A stretch of DNA of 64,000 nucleotides from Eledone cirrhosa (GCA_964016885.1 OZ024745.1:39866001-39930000), one strand, 5' to 3'. Shown: positions 40,462 through 55,553, counted from the first letter of the stretch. A program made the numbers and translations. The notes: generated by a model from the letters alone, not told the origin.

Positions 40462-42667
40462 AGATAGAGATCTAGGTATCTGCTTATCAAACCATGTATG
40501 TGACTATCTCTCCATCTATTACGTGTGCGCATATGTGCGTGGCGATATATGTCGGTATTCGTGCGTTTTTCTAATAACAAAATCATGCCGACAGTTCATA
40601 TTGACAAATCTCTAGACACCCACGTGATGTTTTATATATGTATGCGTACTAATTATGTGTACATTTTATATATAAACATATAGTAAGATATTTATAGAGA
40701 TAAATTTAATATTTCCTATAACCAACGGATAAACTATCTAACCCTGATACTATTAAGGACATACTAATACACATATATATAAAACTAGTATGTATATATA
40801 CAAAGTTTTGTATATATATTATACAATATATCCTAGTTTTGGAAAGGGACATTAATCGTTCTCATAACAGCAAAGGTTAATCTCTCATGTTAATCTCTCA
40901 TGTAAAATTTCTGATAATTTAGTATACATGGCAATTTAGAATACATTCAAATCTAGTTAAGGTTTTATAAACAATTTCTTTGATTTATGGAGCAAGTGCC
41001 CTTACACTGTTAAGGAAGAAACAGTCACCACATCCCTATTAAATAATGCTTTCAATGGTACAGTTCAATATTGCAGAGCAGGATTTAAGTGAGGGATGGA
41101 TTAAGTCTCTGCTCTGATATTTAAAGAGGAAGAAAATAACATTATTTGTATAACAATGAGTGGTGTTGCTATCATGAGACTTAATACTATTCAGAACAGT
41201 CGTTAATGTGAAAGGAATTATTACATTGGAGTGCTGTTATGTAGTTTCGCAGTCTTCATGTCTAATCTCTTTAATTTATTTAACATCCAACGTATTATAT
41301 TCATGGTATCGTTCGTGAGAGATGTAGCTAATGTATTTATATCTATTATTTGTCTAACAACATACTCATTTTGTTACCTCCAGTGAATTCATGCGTATTA
41401 GCTTATTCGACTGAGTGTTATCCATTACAAATAGCTTCAAATCAACCATATAGAAAGATAGTTTATTTATCTGTAACAGACATGGCTTCAGCCAACACAT
41501 TTAATAGTTGACAAAAAGCTATATTACATAATTATACATCTCTACTTATTTCAGTGCCGTATGTATGTATAGCAGCATACTCTTGTGAATTTCTGTCTCT
41601 TAGTTTATTCAGCTGAGTGCTATCCATTGTAAATAATTTAAAATCAACAATAAAGAAAGATAGCTTATAATTTGTCCGTTGCATTAATAACCACTAGTGG
41701 TACTAGCCAATAGATTTGGCAATGGATTTTAATCTACTTTATAATATTACATACATATATCATTTATACTGCAGTTACCAAAGTATGACGTATAATTTAT
41801 TAATCTGTGTGTGTAATAACAGCGGAGAGCGTATCATTGTTAACTTCATCGCACATTTTAATTATTAGTTTATATTCATACTATATTATTCATATTTGTA
41901 TTTCTTTGTTTTCATCTAAATGCTTTCTATACAACGAAGAAGGTAGAACGGGTATATAACAAAAAGAAGAAATTAAATAATATTGCTACCAGCGCGCACT
42001 TACATTAGATATACGTGAAAGCGCCAATTTACATCCATAACATTATTTCGTCATTATAAGCAGATTTAGAACAAAGGAAGAGAAGAGTGAATTAAAGCAA
42101 ATATGGGTAGGTGAAACCATAATCATTTGGATGAGAAGACGTCTGTGTCCTAGTTCGATCCTAGGATCAATATCTGCATATTAAGTGACATTTAAAAGAC
42201 GGGAATAATTTAGATGTCAGTTATGTATGTGAGCGTGTGAATGTCAGGACAATCTTGAGTGGTACTTGTAACATGCAACACAGTCCAGCCAGGTACATGG
42301 AAGTTACGTTGCTAACTAAACTAGCAAATCTTGCAAACCTATCTAGGTGTGGTAAAAGACGAGGTGTGGTCAACACGTTTAAAAATTCGAAGACAGGCGT
42401 ATTCCTCCCCACTCAAGCCCTCATCAATATCGTATTAAGTGGAAATGTGATCAGAGAACGTGCACTCTATCTTACGAATATTCCAGTTGGCAACTAAGAA
42501 AATGATACTGTAATGATGACTGCCTCTGTCTCTGACAGTAATGGGCATATAATTACACGAGAGAAATAAGGAATTGCGCCAAAATATCACGAACATGAAC
42601 ATTAAACACCCTCGCAATAATATAAGCAGATTTAAACATAAAACAAATCATTTACTATGTATATATA

Positions 42668-42762
<95 letters not shown>

Positions 42763-42804
42763 ATGTGTGTGTGTGTGTGCGCGTATGTATATATATATAA
42801 TATG

Positions 42805-42836
<32 letters not shown>

Positions 42837-42869
42837 TATACATATATACATGTGTATATATATATATAT

Positions 42870-43025
42870 AGTAATAATAATAAATTTGAAGACTAAAATT
42901 CAAAGAGGGTTCGATAAGGATAAATATATATCAAATATATAAGAACCGTAGAGCAAATATTTATTAAAATAACAGATTAAAGTTTAAGCAAAGAATCGCT
43001 GCTTTCACCCTTAACGTGATCTTTC
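42870..43025 (-). repeat. Dispersed pLTR-like family; other copies at 54255-54520 (fold-back), 61710-61790 and 63360-63535
   Basis: Shared AAAATAACAGATTAAAGTTTAAGCAAAGAATCGCTGCTTTCACCCTTAACG, always abutting (TA)n. Confidence 0.85.
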
Positions 43026-43094
43026 ATAAATAAATGTATATATATATATATATATATATACATTATACATACATATATATAGACACACACACAC

Positions 43095-43126
<32 letters not shown>

Positions 43127-44044
43127 TTGTGAGAGAGTGTGTGCGCGTGTGTGTGTATGTGTATATATCTACATAAGCAATTGCACACCCGCACGCACAT
43201 GCACACATACACATATACATATATATATATATATATATATGTATGAGATGTTTCAGAAAGGAAACAAGACAAGTTTCACCATAAACATTTACTGCATATC
43301 CAAACTAAAAACTACAAGTCCACCTCCTTCTAAATAACCTCCCTTGACTCTAACGCATTGTTCCAACCTTCTCCATGCACACTTGGAGGGAATCTCCATG
43401 GAATTTCCGGGACTCTCCGACATCAGGGCTCTCTTGAGAGATTCCATGCCCGCAAAATGTACATCCATGACTTATTATTGATGATGACTTCCCAACGAAG
43501 TCTAGTTCTGTTTCAGGACACTGGAGGTATCTTGGCATACCTGCATGCCACCTTCTTACAGGTTATCGCTTAGTAGCTTCGGAACCATCATCGGGCAGAT
43601 CTTCCGCTTACCTAAATCTTCGGTTGTCATCTTCCAAACTCTGTCGTGGTTCAAACCCAGGGCACATGCACTCAGTCGAACACTCAGCTGATGATCGCCA
43701 TGCACTATCGTCCCTTTTTCCTCTTGTGTGCCATTTGGACAACTGTGAGCGCTTTTTATTTATCACCAGAATGAAGTGAAAGTTAAGACTTGATTCATTG
43801 TCCTGCGCCCATCACCTAACACCCTATAATCGAGTAAATGGTAATAAATGCACTTGAAAAAAAAGCATAAAACGAGTGCAGATATCTGAGATCACAGTTA
43901 TAAATGCTACCAGCTAATCCCTGCCTCACTCATCTTTCACACAGCACACTAAGTCCTTTTACTGTTTTAACACACCCTGTATGTGTGTGTCAGGAGGGTT
44001 TATATATATATAAGTATATATATATAAATATATATATATATATG

Positions 44045-45683
44045 TATATATATATGTGAATATAGACATAGAATATTCGAAAATATTCTGTATGTTTATA
44101 ATAAACATTTTGAAGACCTAATCGCTATAGAATAGAATACGTCACGTATTACAATTAGATTCTCGATAAAAGCAAGGGAAGTAATCTACGCGTTTCATTC
44201 TTATTAGAAATCTTCAGGACCACATATCCAGTGCTTTTATCGAGAATGACACAGCTAGAGACTTATAGAATACTTAGCTGTGTACAGGAACTGGTTTGAA
44301 AGAGCGGTTGCCGGTCCGGCAGAAATTAGAAATTGGAATAAATGCTCTGAAATAGCGATATATATGTGAATATAGACATAGAATATTCAAAAATATTCTG
44401 TATGTTTATAATAAACATTTTGAAGACCTAATCGCTATAGAATAGAATACGTCACGTATTACAATTAGATTCTCGATAAAAGCAAGGGAAGTAATCTACG
44501 CGTTTCATTCTTATTAGAAATCTTCAGGACCACATATCCATTGCTTTTATCGAGAATGACACAGCTAGAGACTTATAGAATACTTAGCTGTGTACAGGAA
44601 CTGGTTTGAAAGAGCGGTTGCCGGTCCGGCAGAAATTAGAAATTGGAATAAATGCTCTGAAATAGCGATATATATGTGAATATAGACATAGAATATTCGA
44701 AAATATTCTGTATGTTTATAATAAACATTTTGAAGACCTAATCGCTATAGAATAGAATACGTCACGTATTACAATTAGATTCTCGATAAAAGCAAGGGAA
44801 GTAATCTACGCGTTTCATTCTTATTAGAAATCTTCAGGACCACATATCCAGTGCTTTTATCGAGAATGACACAGCTAGAGACTTATAGAATACTTAGCTG
44901 TGTACAGGAACTGGTTTGAAAGAGCGGTTGCCGGTCCGGCAGAAATTAGAAATTGGAATAAATGCTCTGAAATAGCGATATATATGTGAATATAGACATA
45001 GAATATTCGAAAATATTCTGTCTATATTCACATATATATCGCTATTTCAGAGCATTTATTCCAATTTCTAATTTCTGCCGGACCGGCAACCGCTCTTTCA
45101 AACCAGTTCCTGTACACAGCTAAGTATTCTATAAGTCTCTAGCTGTGTCATTCTCGATAAAAGCACTGGATATGTGGTCCTGAAGATTTCTAATAAGAAT
45201 GAAACGCGTAGATTACTTCCCTTGCTTTTATCGAGAATCTAATTGTAATACGTGACGTATTCTATTCTATAGCGATTAGGTCTTCAAAATGTTTATTATA
45301 AACATACAGAATATTTTCGAATATTCTATGTCTATATTCACATATATATCGCTATTTCAGAGCATTTATTCCAATTTCTAATTTCTGCCGGACCGGCAAC
45401 CGCTCTTTCAAACCAGTTCCTGTACACAGCTAAGTATTCTATAAGTCTCTAGCTGTGTCATTCTCGATAAAAGCACTGGATATGTGGTCCTGAAGATTTC
45501 TAATAAGAATGAAACGCGTAGATTACTTCCCTTGCTTTTATCGAGAATCTAATTGTAATACGTGACGTATTCTATTCTATAGCGATTAGGTCTTCAAAAT
45601 GTTTATTATAAACATACAGAATATTTTCGAATATTCTATGTCTATATTCACATATATATCGCTATTTCAGAGCATTTATTCCA

Positions 45684-45685
<2 letters not shown>
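44045..45685. repeat. Palindromic array of 310-bp HHR-bearing units: about 3 copies on minus, then about 2 inverted copies
   Basis: Period 310 (44181, 44491, 44801; then 45174, 45484), inversion centre at about 45010, (TA)n flanks. Confidence 0.95.
45174..45216 (+). ncRNA. Minimal type I HHR of the 310-bp unit (5 copies)
   Basis: GTGGTC-CTGAAGA-TTTCT(AATA)AGAAT-GAAA-CGCG-TA-GATTAC, with palindrome ACGCGT and a GUA triplet. There is a U.U mismatch at the base of helix II. Confidence 0.8.
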
Positions 45686-45746
<61 letters not shown>

Positions 45747-45767
45747 CGTTGATAGACAATTCATCTG

Positions 45768-45819
<52 letters not shown>

Positions 45820-45846
45820 TATAAGCGTTGATAGACAATTCATCTG

Positions 45847-45898
<52 letters not shown>

Positions 45899-46689
45899 CA
45901 GATGAATTGTCTATCAACTCTTTTCTCGCAGCTATATATATTCCTGGCATAACTGATATAATCTTTAAGAAAAAACTAGGAAATGATAAGATTTTCTATG
46001 GAATTGTTCATTAAAGTACAATCATCGGATTATTTATTTCACTTACTCCCAGTCATTTACTACAATGTTTTAAAATATTTGTATATTTCGTGATAGCGAC
46101 AAATGAAATAGGAATGTTGACAGCTTGGAATTGATTGCAAATTATGTTTATAAACAGACACGCAGTTAGACATCAGTAGTTCTCACAGATAGACTATGAC
46201 GCACAACCTAATATACAAAAAAGCGCATACACATATATACATACGTGTGTGTTTGTGTATGTATGTGTGTTTGTGTTTGTGCGTGCGTGTGTGTTGATAT
46301 TCATATATTCACACTCCCAATCTTGCATATATATCCATACATATATATATATATATGCGTGTGTGTGTCTGTGTTTCTGTGTGTGTGTGTGTCTATTAAA
46401 TAGAAGGTTCTAGCAAAACATAAAGCCTACATTAAGTGGTCCAGCAAATTAACGCGTTGTACTACATAAAAGAAATTAAGTTTTGATAGTATAAAATTAT
46501 TCAATAAATATTTATATTACAAGGATGATTGCTGGAGAAATTTGTATCATACTAGAAATATTTCTTATTTCTCATTATCTGTTAAAGAAAGCCGACCAAA
46601 TCAGAGGAAACAGTATTATTGACAAATTATATATATATATATATATATAATATATATATAAATATATATCTATATATATATTGTTTACC

Positions 46690-48220
46690 TAACCTGAGCT
46701 TCTGGAAGGGAACTGGAGAGGTTGTTGAGTGGTTTAAGCAAATTAAATATAACAATAATAATAAGTTTATTCAACTTGATATTGCTAACTATTATTCTTC
46801 TATTACCCCTAATCTACTAAATAAGGCACTAAATTACGCATTCAAACATACAGACCTAACTAGCAATGAAATGCACATTATATTATCGGCTAGGAAAACA
46901 TTGATAGAATTTAATGACCAACTATGGACCAGAGCAGATAGAGATAGCAATTTTGACATTACTATGGGATCATCCGACTCATCTCAGGTAACTGACCGTG
47001 TGGGCTTATTTTTAATCAATTCGCTGCATAGGAAAATACCTGGTACTACCGAAGGTTTATATAGAGATGACATGCTTTTACTTATTGATAATAATAACTC
47101 TGAACTAAATAGAAAAAGAAAACAAATTACACAATTTTTTAATTACTTTAATCTAAAAATAGAAATTGAGAACAACCATAGAATAGTCAATTTCCTAGAT
47201 ATAACATTAAATCTCAACACATGTCTTCACTATCCATTTCACAAGTTGAATGAAAACTTAAACTATGTCAGCTTTAACTCTAACCACCCCAGATCTGTTA
47301 AAAATACTATAGTAAACTCTGTTCAAAAACGTATCTCTAGAATCTCGTCTAATAGAAAGATTTTCGACGAAAAAGCCCAGTACTACAATGAAGCGTTAGC
47401 TAGAGCAGGATATAGTGATAAAATTATGTACATAGATAATGATAGACAAACTAAACAAAATAACAACTATTTTAATTACAGCCACAACCTTAACAACTAT
47501 AATAGAAAGCATTACAATAATTCCAAAAGCCAAAAAAGAAATAGAACTAGGAACATAAAATGGTTTGCCCCCCCCTTTCTCACTAAACATTAAAACCCAC
47601 ATCGCTAAACTATTTTTTAAAGCTCTTGATAATCGCTTCCCTAGAACACATAGGTATCACTCAATTTTCAATAGACATACTATAAAATTAACCTACTCAT
47701 CCACCAAAAATTTAGCACAAAATATTAATAGAATAAATAATAGGAACTTAAAACCTAGCGATAATAGCATAAATAATATACAAGTTAACAAATGTAACCG
47801 TAGAGATAGATCTAAATGTCCGTTAAATAACAACTGCTTAGTTAAAAATATAATATACAACTGTAATGTTAAAACGGACTCTAATTCTTTTAACTACGTT
47901 GGTTCCACATCGACGGAATTTAAACTTCGCTATAATAACCACAAGAATTCTTTCACAGATCCAAGCGAAAAATCTTCAACAGCACTATCAGCCGTACTCT
48001 GGCAACTTAGGCAAGATAACGTTAGATATTCGACGGCTTGGAATATAGTCTCAAGAGGGATTCCTTTTAATTCATCCTCTGAGACATGTGACCTCTGCGC
48101 GGAGGAGATATTCTTTATACTAAAATCTAAAAATTCCCTTAATCTACGGACAAATTATTCAGTTGCTGCAAACATAGATTGAACTCAACTTTTAAATATA
48201 AATTTAAATTTAAAATGTAG
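46690..48220 (+). pseudogene. PLE RT plus GIY-YIG endonuclease, frameshifted
   Basis: FIQLDIANYYSSIT, FDITMGSSDS, GLYRDD, VNFLDITLNL, SNHP; then CPLNNNCLVKNIIYNC...YVGSTSTEFKLRYNNHKNSF...CDLC (ORFs 46619-47593 and 47565-48182). Confidence 0.93.
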
Positions 48221-49489
48221 TATATTTAGTTTGATTTGTAATTATTTAGGAAACTAGCCGATAAATCTTTCGATTTCTTCTTTTTATTCTTATTTTTATT
48301 TTTATTTTAAACATTCTTCATGAAAAATTAAACTACCCTAAAAGTTGATGCTCCAAATATATCGAATAAATGTTACACTAGATAAACTTCTATATTAAAT
48401 ATAAGAACATATGTAGACCAAATGGGTATCCTAAACTTTTGAAATGATTTCTGCTAGACGTGATTTGGTAAATAACTTTTGGTTTTATCTGTTTTCGACT
48501 CTGATGCTTATAATGAACTTGGCAATATATTGTCAATTAATTTTGAAGGGTTGATCTTTGTGGTCGATTTGCGTGGCATACTATGTTTTTATTTTTATTA
48601 TTTTAATATTTTTTAATATTTTTAATATTTTTATTTTTAATATGTAATATTTTTTAGTTTTCTGTTTTATTTATTTATTATTATTATTTTTTGTTTTTGT
48701 TTCTGTTCTCTATTTCTGCTTGATAGATAATCATGTAGAGTAAAGACAAGAATAGTATTGTTAAAATTAATATAGACTCTATGTATATGTGTATATATAC
48801 ACATATATGTATACTTAAATTTTTATAGCACAATGAGAATGTTCTCCGTGTGAAATAGGAGTTTGCAGAGTTGATCACGTAAATTCACATCGATGTTTGT
48901 AGTTATCATATAAACATATGAATTTTTAAAACTAGACATAAGATCATTACTTTTCACACATTATAGATACGTGTCTCATTCATGAATACTGATATTTACA
49001 TTATAGTGCCTGGTTTTTATACGAACTAATATTTCTACATTGAAACATAGGGTTTTTAAATTCTGCCTCGCCTATGTCTGGTTACTTTTCATTTTTTCTC
49101 TCTATATAACGGCTGGTTTCTCTCCTAACCACATATATCTCCCTTACATTAATACTAGAGCTAAATAAATAAATAAATAAATGTATCATTGATACGTCAT
49201 TCAACGGATGTTCAACTACCTACTTTTCTCTATATATATCTATCTCTATCTATTTCCTCTCTCTATATATCTCTCTCTGTTTCTTCACATGAAGTTCTTC
49301 TCTTTATCTATCTTTCCATCTCTCTATTTAGTTGCATGCATTTCTTCTTTTTCTTCGTTTTCTTTCTTTCTTTCCTTCTTTCTTTCTTTCTTTCTGTTTA
49401 CAATTTTTCACTGCCAAATCAACTTTTCAAATACAAGTCGATGTTGAACGGTATGTCAAATCTATTTATTTATAAAACTGTCTATATTG

Positions 49490-49555
49490 TATTTTGTCTG
49501 AAGAAGGCATAACATATTGTTAATATGATATCCCTGAAATATATATAATGAAATA
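49490..49555 (+). ncRNA. Type I HHR in the PLE 3' pLTR
   Basis: TATTTTGT-CTGAAGA-AGG...CCT-GAAA-TATATA-TA-ATGAAATA: 8-bp helix I with G.U pairs and a palindromic helix III. Confidence 0.82.
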
Positions 49556-49595
49556 AATATGGTTTTATAAATATAGTTTCCATTTATTTAATATC

Positions 49596-49782
<187 letters not shown>

Positions 49783-52168
49783 TTGCAACAGTGAGACAGA
49801 GACTGTAATAGATTTATTCTTGTATATAGATAGAGTGGTATATATTTCTAACAATTTAACTTCAATTGACGGATAAAATAATTACATGAAGGAGAAGAAA
49901 AAGATGTTTAAATCTATGTATACCTAATGGACATGATCATAAATATTAATATAAACATTAATGCTGAGTTGTCTTCCAACGTTTTGTTTATTGGCTGAGA
50001 AATATCTACATTTCTCACGTGTTTTCACATCAGATTTGTTGCGAGTAAACTCCGTCACTTGCATACGTACAGACACACAATGAAACACACACCCACACAT
50101 ATATATATATATATATATATACGCATATATATATATATATATATTAATAAAATGCGAAGGCCAGATATAGGTATTTATAATTCATTTTATACATAATCTG
50201 CCGTAATATGTATCCTGTGGCGTTAATGATTACGTAATTATTTTACCATCGTGTAACTATGAATAAGACTTCTTCAGACAGCAGCACCAATAATAAGGTG
50301 TTTATGCTATCTCTTCCAAAACCATATTACGAAGAGTAACAGTTATTTTCGACATTCCAAATGTAAATTCTGCAAAGAGATTTTCAAGTTATACCGGAAA
50401 AAACACCATCTCTTGACAGACTTGTTCACTTATTCCCTTCCTGAATCTAGCATTTCTCTATGTGGTTATAATTCTTACACCAACCCTTAGCCTACACATT
50501 AGATGTCTAGTGATAATCCAAATCAAAATAAACCTTTACCGCGGGCAGTGTTTAGAAATAATTACCATTCTCAATACATCGGAAAATCCGGATATTTATG
50601 GGAACACTATATAATACAACAAGTTTGTTTTGATTTGGTTTTTATTTTGGGAATATTCTACATTCATATCATGCATTTTTGTGTGCTTATGTATTTTGTG
50701 TCTATAGAGTTAAGGGTTTTAAAAATAAACGTTCTATGCCTTATGTGGAACGTTTCTTTAATTATTTGTTGAGTATTTCTGTATATTTAGTATATCTGAT
50801 TATAAGAATACCCATTTTATCAACGCAGCATTGATGAGATTTACTATTTTGAAGATACTAAACTAAGATGCTACAAAATTCCAGGTCATGCATGCGCACT
50901 TTTTAATCCTTATATTAATTTCCGGAATTATTTTCTGGGGAATTAAACTGCCCATGTAAATGATTCAGTCAATTCAGTGTATCGTTTTGAACAATTCAAT
51001 ATCGGCTTATGTGGTAAGACATGCTGTACTGTAGGTCTTCTCTTTACTCATGATGCAAAACTGATCCGCACAAACTATCAGGCAACGTGTACATTTAATA
51101 AGAATTTCTACATCTATTTTATCAAGTGAATATTGTGTATACTTTTAGATGCAATACTAAGTCGATGTATTAGTCTCATACGGTCGAGATAAGATAAATG
51201 ATTGTAATAAATAGTAACGTGAGTTTACTCGTCAATTCTCGTCACCTACAGAGGTTGGCATTGCATCAACACCAAATAAATCGATATTTATATGGCTATA
51301 TTGGAATAACAGTACAGGGACAGGTACAAAGACAATTAACTGTTAAACAGTGCGAATTGGAGGTGTCAATTACAAATACATTATTAATCAAATATGTTGT
51401 ATTGCTGTTGGTGTGAAATATACTATAGCTGAGTAAGATATAAACCAGGTGCTACAGGACACCAGATGTCATTCAATGTTTAAGAGTCTCTTGTTCTATA
51501 ATGACCACACGCCAACTGTAATATGGTGTTTCCTGTTCCTGATGCTGCTGAAGCTGTTGATGATCTTGATCTTTCCCATTTAGGTAAAATACACAAATAA
51601 TTGAACTAATATATTGCTGACTCTATGTCGTAAGAATATATGAATTACCATCCGTTTCCAAAATATCTAATCGTTAATCTTTTTTTTAATTTGTAAATAG
51701 TTCATAAGGGCACACTCTCGGTTTGGACTATGTTTTTTTTTTTTAAAACGAAATCTGCGAGTTTTCCATAATTTTAAACAAGAAGAGTATTTTATTAACA
51801 TACCTTCACTGTTTCTACAAACGACTACACTAATAAAATCATCGATACAAAAAGAATTGATTCTCTAATAAACACGGCACTGCATTTATGAGAGAATTAA
51901 CACCAAAATAGCGAATAGAAACAAAACATAATATAACTATTAATATCTTGGCTGTTTCTTGCGTTTATAGTTCCACAATATCGTGCTACTTGTAATTCAA
52001 TTGGGATAAATTAATATTTCACCTCCCATTTTTAAGTAATAATGGTAATAGGATATATGGGCAATTTAAAAACGCAATCGGGAAATATATTTTTCTCGAT
52101 GTTTCTGCCATATTATATATTACATTTCTTCATTGTCTTCCCCCATTCTCTCTGTCTTTCTGTATCGT

Positions 52169-52229
<61 letters not shown>

Positions 52230-52264
52230 GTAGATAGATATATGCATGTATATATATATATGTC

Positions 52265-52550
52265 AAGGTGCATGGTTAGAGCAGTAGGCTTGCAATCGAA
52301 ACGTTGCGAGTTCGATTCTCGAACCGGGTGATGTTTTGTTTCCTTGAGCAAGACACTTTATTTTACGTTGCTCCAGTTTACTCAACTGAAAAAATGAGTA
52401 CCAGCAATGGCTGGAGGTTTAACCCTGCGATGGACTGGCGTCCTGTCCAGTGGGGAGTCTTGTACTCTCAGTCGCTTCACGCCATGAAACCGGGATAAAC
52501 ACCGGCCAAATGAACCTTCTGGCTTAAGACAGACTTTAGACTTACGGCCT
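52265..52550 (+). mobile_element. tRNA-derived SINE (second family) with a conserved central domain
   Basis: A/B boxes TGGTTAGAG...GAGTTCGATTC, then TCCTTGAGCAAGACACTT and CCCTGCGATGGACTGGCGTCCTGTCCAG. Confidence 0.8.
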
Positions 52551-53039
52551 GCCCGTCCAGCCATTGGGATGACGTCATCGTAAGGCTACAAATGAACGTG
52601 CTGTGACCAGCGGCGCCGAGTGGCGCTCGACAGACTCGTCGGTCAAGGTGATCAGGGTGATATATATATATATAAGGATGATTTGTTAAGCCTGCATTAC
52701 GTTCATTCATTGATGCACGATTCGCTATTGTTCAACTCAAAGTTCGATCTATATCGATCTGACCCGACTATGGAATAAAAGCTTCGTCGGACATCTGCCG
52801 TTGTAATGACGTCAACCTAAACATTGAGTGCTCAGCTGGCTGAACCTACAGTGACTTCACGTTACACTCCCTGGATATATATATATATTTGTTTTATTTC
52901 ATATATATATATATGTGTGTGTGAGTGTGTGTCTGTTCAGAAGAGATTGTTTTGGATAAAAATAGGAGAGAAAGCTCCCAACAATCGTTGTTTTTCGTTA
53001 CAATGGAGATTTTTATAAAAATAACAAAATATGATGCTG

Positions 53040-54062
53040 AGGTTACATAGATCGTTTAATCATTATAATTATTTCCACGGTTCTCCATGCATTCGAGAAG
53101 ACCTTCATGCATTTGCTGTTGTTATGAGAACGGTATCCTCAGATGCTTCCGATATTTTGATATGTCACCGGCAGGAACAAACACACGTCCTATTGCTTGT
53201 GCGCCCAGCAGACATATGAGTTCCTGAAAGTCGTGTTTACAAGACTAAAGCGCTATCAACGAAAGAACGAAAAAAGTCCAGTCGACAGTGGAAGCAATAC
53301 ATGGAGCTCTGGAGGAGGGTGGGATATATATTTAAGACAACAGTTACTAGAAGAACAACAACAACAGCAACAACAACAACAACGACGACGATGACGACGA
53401 CGACAACATCAACGACTATAACAGCAAAATACCGACCAAAAGTGGTCCACACTGACCGCAGCAGTCGTAGTGATATTACTACCCTTCTGACAACAACAGC
53501 GATGGCAACCGCTACAGTAAACAGTTCAACAACGACAACAACAGCAAAAATACAGACCAACATAGCGTACATAGGCCGTAGCACTCGTAGTGACGCTACT
53601 CCCCCCCCCCCCCCGACAATAACAACGATAATAACTGCCACAGCAATAAACGGTGCTCTGGGGTAGGTTGATACACATATCTGATGGCATCTATCACCAA
53701 GACCATAGCAACAACAATGATAGTAACGGTAACAAATATTAACACCACACATCACCTACCCCCGTCGTGGTAGTAGTGGTGGTATCATTGATATTAGTAT
53801 CAAGGCGATGGCAGACCCGGGAGCAAGACAGCGGTAACACCAACAACAATAATAACAACAACAGCAGTGACGAGCCCACCACGGTGACGGTGGCAACAAA
53901 AAGCAAAATGACGTGTTTATGTTCCTGCCGGCGACATATCAAACATATCGGGTATCTTCTGGGGATACCGTTCTGATAACAACAACAAATGAATGAAGGA
54001 CTTCTCGATTGCCTGGAGAACCGTGGAAATAAATATAATGATTAAACGATAAATGTAATCTT
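53040..54062. mobile_element. Non-coding element bounded by ~150-bp inverted pLTR-like repeats with an HHR (53061-53145 minus; degenerate copy 53955-54040 plus) and an (ACA/ACG)n-rich interior
   Basis: Minus strand reads CAT-CTGAGGA-TACCGTTCTC...GAGAACCGTG-GAAA-TAATTA-TA-ATG. Confidence 0.75.
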
Positions 54063-54222
54063 CTTATGTTATATACTAGCAGAATGGTCCGGCGTTGCTG
54101 GGGATTTGCTCTAGGGTTCTTATATAGTTGATATATATTTATCTTTATCAAGCCTCGTGAAATAAATACGTTTGTTTATATTTTGTTATTGTGTATGCAA
54201 AAATAGCTGTTACACGAATATA

Positions 54223-54264
<42 letters not shown>

Positions 54265-54515
54265 TAAAATAACAGATTAAAGTTTAAGCAAAGAATCGCT
54301 GCTTTCAGCCTTAACGGGATCTTCTGAAACTAATAAAGTCCTTTAAAATACTTTGTCAGTTTCAGAAGATCCCGTTAAGTGTGAAAGCAGCGATTCTTTG
54401 CTTAAACTTTAATCTGTTATTTTAATAAATATTTGCTCTACGGTTCTTATATATTTGATATATAATTATGCTTATCGAGCCCTCTTTGGATTTTAGACTT
54501 CAAACTTATTATTAT

Positions 54516-54547
<32 letters not shown>

Positions 54548-54552
<5 letters not shown>

Positions 54553-55553
54553 GAGAGAAGAAACATTTAGATATAATTAGTAATAAAATGTATCATACCT
54601 AAACTGCTCCTAAATTCCTCGACTACGTAGTTTCGTGGCATAAACAAAAACAATATATCATAAAGATATAGAGTCCTTGCGAGGTCTGCCGACTAATCAA
54701 GAGGATACCTCATTTTACTAGTCTCAAGAACGCGTCTACACGACGTGAGAAAGAATCCCAAAAGGCGGAGGGGGAGATAGTCACGCGATATAACGGTCGA
54801 GAAACAGAGCTAAGCCTCCTATAACCCCGAAGAAAATACCACGGAGGCGGAGGGGGTATTTATATCGAGGCCGCAGAAGAGGTGGTGAAGAAGGCGAGAA
54901 GTATGAGTAATGGAAGCCTTCCAGCTGTCCCCACACTTCAAAGATTGCTCGACCAGAGGGAGTTATTAACAATATAATTAGAAACACACAGATACATGCG
55001 GACACACACACATATATACATGAATGCATCCGCACCCAACTGTGAGTTAAGGGTGCCAACTTCACCGATGTTGCTCAATGAATGACTGGGACAGACCAAT
55101 TCAGTTGAACTAGACTGAACCAGTATCAGAGTTAAAAATACATTATGAAGAGAGAAGAAACATTTAGATATAATTAGTAATAAAATGTATCATACCTAAA
55201 CTGCTCCTAAATTCCTCGACTACGTAGTTTCGTGGCATAAACAAAAACAATATATCATAAAGATATAGAGTCCTTGCGAGGTCTGCCGACTAATCAAGAG
55301 GATACCTCATTTTACTAGTCTCAAGAACGCGTCTACACGACGTGAGAAAGAATCCCAAAAGGCGGAGGGGGAGATAGTCACGCGATATAACGGTCGAGAA
55401 ACAGAGCTAAGCCTCCTATAACCCCGAAGAAAATACCACGGAGGCGGAGGGGGTATTTATATCGAGGCACCCTTAACTCACAGTTGGGTGCGGATGCATT
55501 CATGTATATATGTGTGTGTGTCCGCATGTATCTGTGTGTTTCTAATTATATTG

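Noticed and set aside
43340-43730. Possible old non-LTR retrotransposon fragment (higher GC)
   Set aside because: No diagnostic motif recoverable by eye.
46690-48220. Selenoprotein-type (in-frame UGA) Naiad ORF
   Set aside because: The disruptions seen are frameshifts, not TGA at conserved Cys positions, and no SECIS was identified.
53237-53755. Thr-rich or Val-rich ORFs resembling mucin
   Set aside because: They are translations of (ACA/ACG)n simple repeats inside an inverted-repeat element.
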